From Octopus sinensis (Eukaryota), in NCBI RefSeq assembly GCF_006345805.1, contig NC_042999.1:70990001-71054000 (forward strand): 64,000 bases of DNA, given 5' to 3'. The notes under the pieces are model-generated. The model searched no databases. It saw only the letters and a program-made list of their open reading frames with translations, and was not told the DNA's origin. Below, piece after piece: positions 51,744 to 64,000 of this stretch; the stretch's first letter is position 1, and every line of letters starts with the position of its first letter. Position numbers and translations under genes: made by a program.

Positions 51744-52569
51744 CAAATCACATCATGGCCTACATGGGTGAGAAGATTTCCTTCATCACTTGGTTACAGA
51801 CTACCACCTGGCACCTTGAGTGCTTTTAGATGAGTTTACTCCGTTGTAAGCATTCAGGTTAGGTGTACAGTTTGAGGATACCTTCCTCGCTCTTTTTACT
51901 ATTCTTGGAGGTCCTACAAATTAGAGTCATGAGAACTACGTACCTTCCCCTTGGAACAAAAAGACAAAATATGTGTTTTAGAAACTGGGAAGTAGAAACG
52001 AGAAGTATTTTGTTAGCTATCGCTGCTGAGTTTAGCTCATTAATTCATATTGTTCGCAATATAAAAAAGTGAGAAATGTTATTACAATATGACATTTTTA
52101 TTTCAGTTTTAAATACTTTCACATATTAACTTTTCGTGAATCGAAACTATTCTACAAATTTCTTCTAATGATTTTTTTCACAGAAAGTGTTTAGATTTTT
52201 TTTATTAGTTAAATTGTAATAAATTGCAGAATAAAATTTAAATTTTATGCACCAATTGGTTGACTTCTTTTTAACTAGTAGAAAGTAACAGAAAACAACT
52301 CTAACGTAATTTTCCCTTTGTACCGCTGCATTGGTACCTGGTCTTCACTGATTACAAAACAAATTCCACTGCATTATTATTATTATTTCTTTTACATAAG
52401 CAGAAAACATTTGCTTGTGTTTTCTCTTTAACTTCAGGACATTATATTCCATTCTTCTGGAATATTTAGGTAAACAAACTGCAGATACGAAAGCAAAAAC
52501 AGTAGTTAAGGAGGAGAGTACGAGAAACATATATTGATAGATGTATTTACATACAATAACAACCAGAAA

Positions 52570-52860
<291 letters not shown>

Positions 52861-53244
52861 GATAATAGAAAAAACGATAACCGCTATTAAAATAAAATAA
52901 AATATACCTTCAATGCATCGTTAATTATGTTTCATGCTATGTAAAAAAATGGAGAGAAAAGTGAAAAAGATTATCGTAAAAAAAAAAGAAAAATCTTAGC
53001 ATATTTTTTGTTTAGCCACCTCCTAGAATGCTGTTTGAAGATTTCTCTTTACTGTAGTAGTAATGTCATTAGAGAGAAATGCTTGATTGAAATATTGATT
53101 ATTCTTGACTTTGGCATTTCTTGTGAAAATGAAACACCCGGCAATTTCAATGAAGTGGTTTGCTATCATCTGCCATTTGATATCAACATCCTGCGTATAT
53201 TTCACTTCTGAAAGTTCTTGCACACCGCATGTGCTAAAATGCTG

Positions 53245-53620
53245 ACATACATACATACACACACACATACATACATACATACATACATACATACATACAT
53301 ACATACATACATACATACATACATACATACATACATACATACATACATACCTACGTACGTACGTACATACATACGTACGTACATACATACGTACATACAT
53401 ACATACATACATACATAATACATACATACATATATACATACATACGTACGTATGTACATACAGACATACAGGCATACATACATGCATGCATGCTGCATGC
53501 ATGCATGCATGCATACATAGATACATACATATCTTTGCACGTACATGTGTTCGTACGTTAATACGCACATTCATACATAATAATATAAGTAAGTACGTAC
53601 ATACAATACGTACATACATA
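53245..53620. repeat. (CATA)n/(CGTA)n microsatellite
   Basis: Directly visible. Confidence 0.9.
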
Positions 53621-53735
53621 CATCTATGTAGATCGATATATTAGATATATACACATACATAATTGGATACTTGCTAGCTATATAGATAAAATGCTATCTA
53701 ATAATTTTTCTATCCAGATGAAGAAGAAGGAGAAA

Positions 53736-53795
<60 letters not shown>

Positions 53796-53842
53796 GAAAG
53801 TAAATTACTTAAAAGAAGTCAATTTTTTTTACAGCCAGAATA

Positions 53843-53866
<24 letters not shown>

Positions 53867-53876
<10 letters not shown>

Positions 53877-54036
53877 TATTGAGACAAAACCACTATTTTG
53901 CAAAACAAACAAGGAAAGACTTAATCATACATAAAATTTAATAAATAGTTGACTATTTATTAAATTTTATGTATTGATTAAGTCTTTCCTTGTTTGTTTT
54001 GCAAAATAGTGGTTTTGTCTCAAATAATATTTTATA
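53867..54036. repeat. 170-bp near-perfect palindrome
   Basis: Arms differ by two 1-nt indels only; 2-nt centre (53950-51). Confidence 0.95.
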
Positions 54037-54114
54037 ATATTTTACTATAAAATTGGATTTAATCCTAAATCTGATTTTTTTTTCCCTGTAAATTTGGATA
54101 TATTCCCTAATATT

Positions 54115-54145
<31 letters not shown>

Positions 54146-54625
54146 ACTCGAAATACAACGAAATAAAGAGAAAAAAAGTTTCCTTGTTACCTTTTGATGA
54201 GAAAGCATTTACTGAAAGATCAATTTGTTTCTTACATATTAAAATACATGTGTTAAATACATTTACGTAAACAACCTGTTAGTAATAGTTCCTGTGAAGT
54301 AAAGAAGCGTGCCGCTGCAAATAGGAAATTTCACAAGTAGCTTTAAGGCATTGTCAATGAGTAAAGAGATCATTATAGTATGACCGTAAATACATATAAA
54401 TTACACTACGTAGTCACATGTCAAGAATATATTTGGTTTCAGTTGGCAGACATTGACTGAGTTTCTAATTTCATTTAAGTTACATAGCAATTTCTTCGTC
54501 TAATGCTATAAGGTCACATCGCTACAAACGTACACACTCGCATACACATATATGCACACATACTCGCATAATATATACACATATGCACACACACATGCGC
54601 ACACACACTCACTCACATACACTCA

Positions 54626-54673
<48 letters not shown>

Positions 54674-56566
54674 CTCTCTCTCACACACATACTCTCTGAC
54701 TCGTTCCATTTTATCACTCCAACTGATATGTGCTCCGTTATGTTAATTAAAACCGATAATTCACTTACAATCGCTACAACACCGGTGTTTACAATTAACG
54801 AAGATATTCTTATATAAAATTAAATGCATTGCCCTTCTTTCACTCAATTAAAATGGAATCCACAAATAAGCTGCTATTCTGTATATGAGAGGATAGTTTC
54901 ACAATGAAACTATACATTTATCTAAAAACGAGACGCATAGTTAAATCCAGAGAAAATAACACTAACAAAAGTGGTTTTCTGTCTTTCACTTTCGATTGCT
55001 TATTTCTCATCAATGGTCGCAGGTCATAATCAAACTGACGTGCTTCTCAGACCAAGATTCATAAAGGTGTAATTTGATAGGTGAATTGGGATGAAATCCA
55101 AAGACAAAGTATTTTTTATGTTTTGTATTCATTCCCTGCTACCATCTTGCTTTCCAATGATGGTGGCATTTCCGTCCATTTCAGGACTTCAGGATTTCAT
55201 CGAGACTCTGGTCGGCTAGCTAACGGGTGCTATGTCTTGCCAAAAAGTAACCTGTGATTTTGTCCGGGACTGCTTATTGAGTATTTACAGCTAAACTATA
55301 CATCTACTACATATCTACAAGCCATTCCCCTAACTGCAATCTGGGGACCCTATGGATAGGAGTTTTCATCACTACACCATAAAGTGTCTTTACGAACCTT
55401 TTATACCAGCAAATACAATCTCAACTAGACCTTTTATCATGCTACAGCATGAAGTGTAACGCCTAATGTAACATCAACCCTTATTATTGCTATACTGGGC
55501 AGCCCTCTCAAAACAAATAAACAAAAACAAAAAAAAACAATAAACCTAGAAGATACGCATATGACAAATATAACAATATCTAGTCGTGCAATCAAATATA
55601 TATAGGAATGTAAAGTAGTTATGTTTAGACATGATAAATCAAGTAAAAATAATTAAGAGTCCATAAGAAGCTAACCCCCCATGAGTACATCCCAAACTCA
55701 AATTTATTTTTCTCCAATGACACCGTGAAATTACGTTATTCTTTTTAGAATGTGGAAAATATTCCACCAGCATTTCAAGTTTATAATAATCAATTTTGAG
55801 ATCGGTACTATCTGCCCGTTAATAAAGTCTGCCCTCTATAAAATCGAATTCATTGTGCATAACTACATTGCGACATTTGTTATGCCTTACCTTAACCGAA
55901 TGTGCTATCTTCAACATTATTCTGTAATAAATTAAGGAAGAAAAGAAGTCCATAACCTAGAAGTAACACGTGGATGAAACCCCCACCCCAAGAAATACCA
56001 ACACTGCGATATTCAGATATGTCTTGGTCAACAATATTTCCCTGCTTGAGTCGGTTCTGGTGTTCTAAAATATGGCTTAAAAGACAATTTACTTTTAACA
56101 GGAAAAACATATATAAAACAATTAATTTCTGAAGAGCTGAACACCCTGTCCTGGGTTACGCGTCCCTTCCCCAATAAATTGCTGATTCTTCAATCTGTCA
56201 TACGAAAACTAGGTGGCCAGGTGGTTTATATACAGCAGAGACAATATACCACTCTCTCCTTTTATCCTTTTTCTCAGTGAGACTGTTCACCCTACTTCGT
56301 AACCTTGTCCCTATTCCTATCCACTTGGAAATCCGAACCAAATCAAACTCTTCCAGCAACCAACAACTCTGTCCAAGCGCTAGAATAGTCCAGTGATGTG
56401 TGCCATCATCATATATTCATTAGAATGGAACGGACAGACTTTATTCTATCGGCCCTAAAAGATGAAAGGCAAAGTTGACTCTGGCGGAATTTTAACTAAG
56501 AACGTAAGAAGTCAGAAAAAATACCGCGAAGCATTTTGGCCGAGGCCTTAACAATTCTGCCAGTTC

Positions 56567-56616
<50 letters not shown>

Positions 56617-56618
<2 letters not shown>

Positions 56619-56787
56619 TGCCCTGATGCAGTACCAATGCCCTGATGCAGTACCAATGCCCTGATGCAGTATAAATGTCCTGATGCAGTACCAATGCCCT
56701 GATGCAGTACCAATGCCCTGATGCAGTACCAATGCCCTGATGCAGTACCAATGCCCTGATGCAGTATAAATGCCCTGATGCAGTACC
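56617..56787 (+). repeat. 19-bp tandem repeat x9 (AATGCCCTGATGCAGTACC)
   Basis: Contiguous units without spacers; variant ending ...GTATA at units 3 and 8. Confidence 0.95.
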
Positions 56788-57325
56788 AGGCAGTGGCTCT
56801 CATGGCTTCTAATCTTAACTGATTGGAAGTGTTATCATGTACATTGTTTTGTCTTGGAATAAAAGATGGGCTACAGCAAATATTCTGCTCAATACCACAG
56901 ATTTGCTTGCCAGTTGTTTGACCTTAACCAGTTGAGCATGTCCCTTAGTGGCTGACAATATGTGCATCTCTGATCACGAGCAGAAGTAGTGGGGGAGCAT
57001 CATAGCCATGTGTTGAGAGGGATTCTTTGGGGTTTGAATAATTCACCTCTGGAAACATGGGTGGTTCTTTCAACATCCTTAAACAACCCTTATTCAAGGA
57101 CCTTTTGAGCGGGATGGGCTACTCAACCTGAAGAAAATTCTAACTGGGCCCCACCTGCAAGGTCATGTGCTGTTTATCTTGATATGAGATCACCATGTCG
57201 CGCACATATGGTTGTGATGCATGTGCCTAGTGTACCGTTATCAGACGGGTAGTCATGATGGGTATATTGGGCTTCGTATATTTTACCCCAGTGTCACTTT
57301 GATGGCATGAACTGCTCTCTCACTC
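56769..57325 (+). mobile_element. Non-coding interspersed element (family D) between (AAT)n tracts
   Basis: 3' ~240 bp recurs at 60340-60578; no ORF; ends CACTC-AATAAT. Confidence 0.75.
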
Positions 57326-57339
57326 AATAATGATAATAA

Positions 57340-58973
57340 TAATAAGGATAATAAGGAAAAGAGGGAAGAAAGCAGCCTGCAGAAGATTGCAGTTACCATC
57401 AGGAGGGACCATGAGTGAACCTGACGGTAGTGGGTATAGATATTTAGGGATTTTGGAGCTGAGTGACATTCTACACAGAAAAATAAAAGTCAAGGTCAGC
57501 AAGGTGCATAAAAAAAGGGTAAAGATGGTGTTGAAATCCAACCTGAATGCCAGAAAATTGATTACTGCAATGAATATCTGGGTAAGTTGCAGTGGTCAGA
57601 TATAATGCGTGCATCTTCCAATGGACTAAGGGGGAAACATCAACAAGGATGAGAAAGTTGATGACTCTGCATGGTGCGCTACACCCTAGAGCAAACGTAA
57701 AACATACTGTATATGAAAAGACAGAATGGTGGCAGAGGACTAATTAGTATAGACCATTCCATAAAGAGTGAATGCCAAAAATTTGATTACCTCAATGAAT
57801 ATCTGGGCAGTTGCGGTGGTCAGATATAGTACGTCCATCCTTAAATGGAAATATCAACACTGAAATATCAACACTGGATAGAAGGAAGAGAAAGTTGATG
57901 CTGCTGCATGGGGCAAACGTAAACTGACTGCATATGAAAAGACAGAATGGTGGCAAAGGACTAATTAGTATAGACCACTATATTAGAAGTGAAAGGAGAA
58001 CGCTTGCTGAGTATTTGATAAATAGTGATGAAGACCTGCTGCAATATACCGCGAAAGATATGGGTGTAAATGCAGAAATGATGGACAAAGAAGAGTTTAA
58101 CCAACCAAGAAGATGAGGAGAAGAGAAAAGAAGACCTTGAAATGAGAATGCGTGGACAGTTTGAAAGCAATATACAAGAAGTTAAGGATAATACAGCATC
58201 GTAGGCATGGTTTGAGCGAGATGATTTGAAGCATACCACCGAAAGCCTGATTATTGCTGCACAAAACCAGGCTCTCGCTACCAAGTAGTGAAGTAAAACA
58301 TCTATAAAATTTCTGACACCCAGAAATGCAGACTCTGTGGAAAGAGTGTGGAAAATGTGACCCACTTGGAAAGTGGATGTGAGAGCCTTGCCCAAAAATA
58401 ATACAAGCGCCGCCACGATAAAGTGTGTGTATATCTTCATTGGCTCTTATGCCGCAAATACCAATATGAAGTTACAGAAAACTGGTATGAGCATGTAGCA
58501 TGTAAAGTTATGCAAGAGGATAGAAAAGTAACGATACTCTGGGACTATGATTTTCAGACGGATCGTGTAATCGAAAGCCGTCGGCCGAGTATTGTCATAT
58601 TGAATAAGAGAGACAAATACTTTCAAATCATTGATGTAACTATACCAAAGAACATGAATGTTGTAAGTAAAGAGGTTGAAAACAAATAGCAAGTACTCCG
58701 AAATGAAAGTTGAAATGGCAAGACTGTATGAAATGCGAGAGGGTAATGTAAAAGTGATACCATGGTGATCGGAGCGTTGGGTGCAATCCCATTGAAACTT
58801 CAAGACTTCTTAAGGCAACTTCAAATCCCATACAAGATTGATGTCTTTCAAAAAGCAACCTTATTGGGCACAGCGCACATCTTAAGGAAAGTATTATCTA
58901 TCTGAGGTCCTTGTTGTGACTTGACGGATGAATAAAGACTCCAGTGCTTTTTACCTACAATGTGTTACGAAGG
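57340..58973 (+). mobile_element. R4/Dong-clade LINE, 5'-truncated pseudogene with internal duplication
   Basis: YRYLGILE; LKSNLNARKLITAMN; LYMKRQNGGRGLISI; ESLIIAAQ; CRLC...VTHLESGC; RHD; RRPSIVI...IIDVTIP; LLGTAHILRKVLSI*; ends in AATAAT. Confidence 0.9.
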
Positions 58974-59529
58974 AATAATGATAAATAATAGTTTCCTTTC
59001 ATTATAATTTTATTTCAGCTGCGTTAGTACCGGACATCCTCCGCAGGCCAAGAGTAGCAAGGACACTTTTGTTTTGTTATGCATGCTAAAATTATCACCA
59101 CATTTATTCCACTTTAGATGGAGAGTGCTTTCCATAGTATATGGGCTGTAGCCATCAAGGTTATCTTTTGTATTTCACGGAGACTGGAGTTACTAGGGAG
59201 TTGCTTAATATACTTTCAGCTCCCTTCTTTATCATTCCCAACCCACCAATTACTACTGGTATTATCGTAGTTTTAAGCTTCCACACTTCCACACTTTTGT
59301 GATTTCAATATGCAGATCTTTATAGCGTGAAAGCTTTTCATATTCATTATTACTATTATTATTATTTTTTTTTCTTCTTTCAAATTTGCTTCCATTTCTT
59401 GCCGAGTGTCTTCCCGACTCCTAGGGCAAAGAAACTCATATAGTATACATTGGTAGGCCATTAAACCAAACTCAGTAGTTCGTTCATTTAAAAAAATTTT
59501 TTTTTTTAAAGTTAAATTAAAATACATGA

Positions 59530-60100
59530 GCAGCAACAGTTCTCACATCGACAATGCTCTTCTCAATACGTGTGATGTACCAGTTAAGACAATCTTTTGC
59601 ACTTCTTGCAGGGATGGTAAGCCAGGGATCATTCTCATATAATTTTCGGTTCCCATTTGATCATTCTTAGTGCTCCTACGATCACTGGTATTGTAACCGT
59701 CTTGAGATGCCACATTTTCTCAATTTCAATGAGTAGGTCTTTATATTTTCTGAGCTTGTCAAACTCTTTCGCTGAGATATTATGATCACAGGGGATGCTC
59801 ATGTCGATCAATAAGCAAACTTTATTGTTTTGGTCTTTCACAACAATATCTGGTTTATTGGCCTTGATGGTTCGGTCTGTATGTACTGGAAAGTCCCACA
59901 GAATGGTTACATTTTCTCCTTCAGTTACAGCCTCAGGGTGGTGATTATACCACTTGTCGGCAGTTTTGATATTGCAATGCCGACTTATTAGCCAGTGGAG
60001 ATATTGGCCAACTCTGTCATGTCTTAATTTATACTCCACTGGTGCTAAGACTTTACATCCAGAGATTAGATGGTCCACTGTTTCAATCATGTCGTTGCAG
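59530..60100 (-). mobile_element. R4/Dong-clade LINE 3' fragment (RLE domain)
   Basis: ETVDHLISGC...RHDRVGQYLHW...KPDIVV...LIDMSIP...IPVIVGAL; 5' junction in (ATT)n at 60101-60177. Confidence 0.9.
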
Positions 60101-60101
60101 A

Positions 60102-60179
<78 letters not shown>

Positions 60180-60339
60180 TTATCCCAGTTTATGAGAGAC
60201 AGGAGTTTCCGAAGAAATACTGGTTGTAACAGCGAAAATGAAGCTGGACCATTAAGGGAAGGCCTCTCGCTCGGTTCAGTAGCGGTTCTGTGAAGATGCA
60301 GCCTGAACACAGCTGTTATTGTTGATGTTGTTGTTGATT

Positions 60340-60578
60340 AACATCCTTAAACAACCCTTATTCAAGGACCTTTTGAGTGAGATGGGCTATTCGACCTGAA
60401 AAAATTCTAACTGGGTCCGACCTGCAAGGTCATTTGCTGTTTATCTTCATATAAGATCACCATGTCGCGCACATATGGTTGTAATGCATGCACCTGGTGT
60501 ACCCTTATCAGACGGGTAGTCATGATGGGTATACTGGGCTGTGCATACTTTGTCACTTTGACGGCATGCACTGCTCTC
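60340..60578 (+). mobile_element. Family D 3' portion
   Basis: Aligns with ~57072-57320; followed by (AAT)n at ~60608-60662. Confidence 0.8.
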
Positions 60579-61429
60579 TTTTTTTCATTAATTAATATTA
60601 AAAATATTAATAATAATAATAATAATACTACTACTAATAATAATAATTATAATAATAATAATGTATTCATTGATATTTTTATTTAAGAGGTTAAGGTTCA
60701 AAACCTCTTAATGGGGAAAACAAATCTTATTAAATCTTCTTTCGCTTTACTTTCCATAGTTTGTGTCAATAAGCTGAGAAGGAAAATATATTTGCTTTTT
60801 AAGATTTGACATATTAATGAAAGAAATATTAATACGGAATAATTTATTATTCATCAAGAGTAAAACGATTAGATCTTGATGAAATATGACGTAAAAATGC
60901 ATTTGAGAAATTATTACTTGTAGATTTAATTTAACGAGTTTAGACTTCATTTTTGACATAATCCTATTGTGAAAGCAATTAAGAAAAGCTTTGTTGGAGA
61001 AGTTTTAAGTTACGCTGGGAATTTAAAAATAATTATTATTTCTGATTAGGTAATAATCGATTGGATTATTGCTCCGGTGTATCGCCGATGTATAACTGTG
61101 TCTAAGAAAACTGAAGGACTTTTAAACGACGACACTTAATATAGTGCTAACTATGTTAAGATTACCTTCTTGCATGAAACTTCAGTCTTCTTCAGGTAAC
61201 GTTGCCGTATCATTTGTTTACTTTTCTCATCACTTAGATTCGTAGAATGAAGAAAACAGTCTTAATTTCCCTACATCTTTCTAATTGCATGCAATATATT
61301 TGAATTCAAATATTATGGATATTATATACTCGATCATTTTCCTTTACTTATAATATATTACATATATAAAAATGTCGACCATTTTCCTCTGTAAACATGT
61401 TAATTAGCCGATCCTGAATATGTCTGCGC

Positions 61430-62000
61430 ACCAGGCGAAAGTTTTCTTCCAGTGTTCTCAATCACTTGCATGTTTTTCCTACATGTTACCATTATTTGTC
61501 TTGAAGTCTTCCTGAAAAATTCGATGCCACGTGGCCTGTAATCTTCGTTTTATCTCCCTCCGGGTGATGCACATCTCAATGTAGTTTTTATCAATGGCAA
61601 GACGAGGTTACTCAGTCGAATTTTTGTTCAGTTACCGTGTTTTGGATGCTTGTTGGTATACAGTGTGTTCATTGGCTGAAATACTGCTGTCACTTTTACG
61701 CTTCTGCATTGTCATAGGTTACAGTATCTCTGGCATTGCACAGAATACAAAAGTATCGACTCACGTCTTCAGCAGACTGATATTATTCTGATTGTGAGTC
61801 TGTTTCAAGATTGTGAGCCTGTTTCTTGGCCAATCTCTATGTCTTTCGTTTCTTCTGCGTTCATTACATTTTTTTCTCGCCACTTGATTCAGGTGGCAAG
61901 TCAGTTCTTGTAAACTATTTCTGGAGTTTCTGCCAACAACGCATTATCATAAACGAAGTTTCTGTCAGCCAACCATCTTTGATCGGTCCATTGGATGTCA
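61430..62000 (-). mobile_element. Old RTE-type LINE RT remnant
   Basis: FVYDNALLAETPE (decayed FADD motif), MNAEETK, AVFQPMNTLYTNKH. Confidence 0.55.
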
Positions 62001-62059
62001 AATTTTTTACTCTCGATTACAACTTCCATGATATAATCAACAACTAATAGAAAACAGAG

Positions 62060-63055
62060 TGGCTCATCTACGCCGATGACCTCTCAATGCATTTGAAGCA
62101 GAAGAAACAAACGTCATCTCGGTTCTTGATAAACAATTCCTCTATTACGAACGCAACCACCTACATACCAACCTTGTGAAGACTCAAGGCTGCTTATTCC
62201 ATCTCAGGAATCGTGAAGGCAACCGACCTCTTAACATTAAATGGCTTGGAACATCACTGGAGCGCTCTATCCACCTTGTTAACCATGGACTAATCTTGGA
62301 TTGCACTCACTCTTCTAAGGAGTACACCAAAAACACCAAACTGAAAGTTGGTTTCTGAAACAATATCCTAAGGAAGCTGGTCAATTTGAAATGGGAAATC
62401 ACAGCTCACACATTAAAATCTACAGCTATGATCTCGTATTACTCCTCCGCGGATTATGCGTGTCCTGTCTAAGATAGATCAACTCAAGCCTGAAACTTGA
62501 TCCTGCGTCGTACACCATCTGCTGCCTGATCAAAAGTTACACGAACCCACCCACACAAACAACTTGCACCTCTTCGTCGGCATTGTCCCTGCTGATACCA
62601 CCGGAAGTAATCAGCCGAGTCGAGGTGACAAAGGCTATTAGTGACAAACATCACCTCCTCCGTAGATATTAACCCTCAGCCCAACGATAGAAGTCATGAA
62701 GAAGCTTCCTTAGCCATATCCAGTTCCTAATAACTTCTAGAAATGAAACCAATCTCCAGATCTGGATGGAAGAGATTGTGAACGACCCTTCTCCAATCGA
62801 TATGGGAATCCTCCTCTGCTGAAGGCTTCTCTCCTAGATGAGAAGCACTATAGATTAAGTGGACGATACTCATAAACTTGGAGCGAGCACAAATTGATCA
62901 AAAGTTGACAAGTTTGGGACTACACGACAGACCCAACCACCTATGAATGTGAAGAAGCAGGCCATACTTGGGAGCACTGTTTTTTTCTGCCAGCTGCTAT
63001 CCGATCCTGCAGCTCGGAAGACCTTGCAGAATCCCACAACATGTAAATAACTGTG
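62060..63055 (+). mobile_element. I-group (Ingi-like) LINE RT 3' fragment, degraded
   Basis: IYADDL (62066-83); KTQGCLFHLRNREGNRPLNIKW; NNILRKL; SADYACPV. Confidence 0.75.
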
Positions 63056-64000
63056 TAAAGAAATAGGAAACTGTCACATACCCAATACACTTCGAAGAAC
63101 CGAAAGAAGTAGATAGAAATGGTGATAAGAAGCATTCTTGATGAAGTCCGGTATTTGATGTCAAAGTATCTATTGCCAAAATAGTCAGTGTTTATAAATT
63201 CACTTTAGCGAGTCCTAAGCCCAGTTCCAGTTTGGGCTTGGAACACAGAAAACCCGGAAAACGCTACAGAATCGGAAAAAAAAATCACTACAGGACAGCA
63301 CAAAAATGAAAGTTTTCATCAAGCCCAAATAATGATTAAATCGTAATAGAGAATTTTTCGTGAAGCAGAATGAAATTCTTGAAGGGACCCTTTATGGTAA
63401 CATTGATGTATTTGATCTGTTTTTTCGACTGTTATCTCTTAATTCAATAGGGCTGATTACCTTTAATCTATACATCTGATCGGTCACGCAATGGACTCTA
63501 TCCACTCTTTGACGTGGTTAAAATATATAATAATCATATAACTCCTAGGGATCACCGCTGGATGAATTTTAAGCAGTGTTGTATAGCATTTTACTGAGAG
63601 CGTTCCTTCTAAATCTAATTAGATATCAAATAAGCAATAACTCCTCGCGGCAAAATACTGAAGCACTGTATACATAACGAATATTTTGTCCACTTTTAGA
63701 GCTTGAGTGCAAAATATTCTCATGAAACGATTTACTTCATTAGAAAGATTTACCATTGATGCATAAATATATTTTGCAACTTAGAGTTGAGATTTTTTTT
63801 ATAGAAACACGACCAATTTGTGTTTTATTTCATACTACTATATGTAAAGTCTATATTTGATGTTCAAGTCGGATACCAAACCAAGAAATTCGAACACATT
63901 TTCTAAGAACGTATTTTTCTCAAAATTTCATAAAATCGATTAGATCGATTTTATCCCGAAGAATAATTTTGTTTCTTTGACGGTGCTTTAACGGAGTCCG

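Noticed and set aside
55200-55400. Gypsy integrase-like remnant
   Set aside because: Similarity limited to a few residues; too weak to call without a search.
56617-56787. CRISPR-like array
   Set aside because: Units are contiguous with no spacers, there are no cas genes, and the context is eukaryotic.
60228-60310. HDV-like ribozyme (GCUGGACC/GGUUCAGU stem, UCUCGC loop-like string)
   Set aside because: Could not build canonical P3, P1.1 or P2.

Overview
AT-rich, repeat-saturated eukaryotic DNA with no recognisable host protein-coding exon. The repeat families and the dense (TA)n, (TACA)n, (AAT)n and (CA)n microsatellites resemble an octopod/coleoid cephalopod genome; this is inference from recalled repeat consensus, not a search. 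Content is mostly decayed transposons: RTE, Tx1/L1, Ingi-like and R4/Dong-type (RLE) LINEs, mariner and maT DNA transposons, a non-autonomous Helitron, two abundant tRNA-derived SINE families and Penelope-like (PLE) terminal fragments. Best leads: (1) a non-coding ~592-bp unit at 12.9-13.6 kb bounded by ~165-bp direct repeats that each fold into a type III hammerhead-ribozyme-like motif with a GUC site, i.e. a retrozyme-like architecture; (2) several minimal type I hammerhead-like motifs in PLE-type repeats; (3) two near-perfect fold-back palindromes (439 bp and 170 bp); (4) a pre-miRNA-like hairpin at 51.7 kb; (5) an (AAT)n-associated R4/Dong LINE set plus a non-coding element with a 9x reiterated 5' end. 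All folds and alignments were done by eye, and coordinates of decayed elements are approximate.
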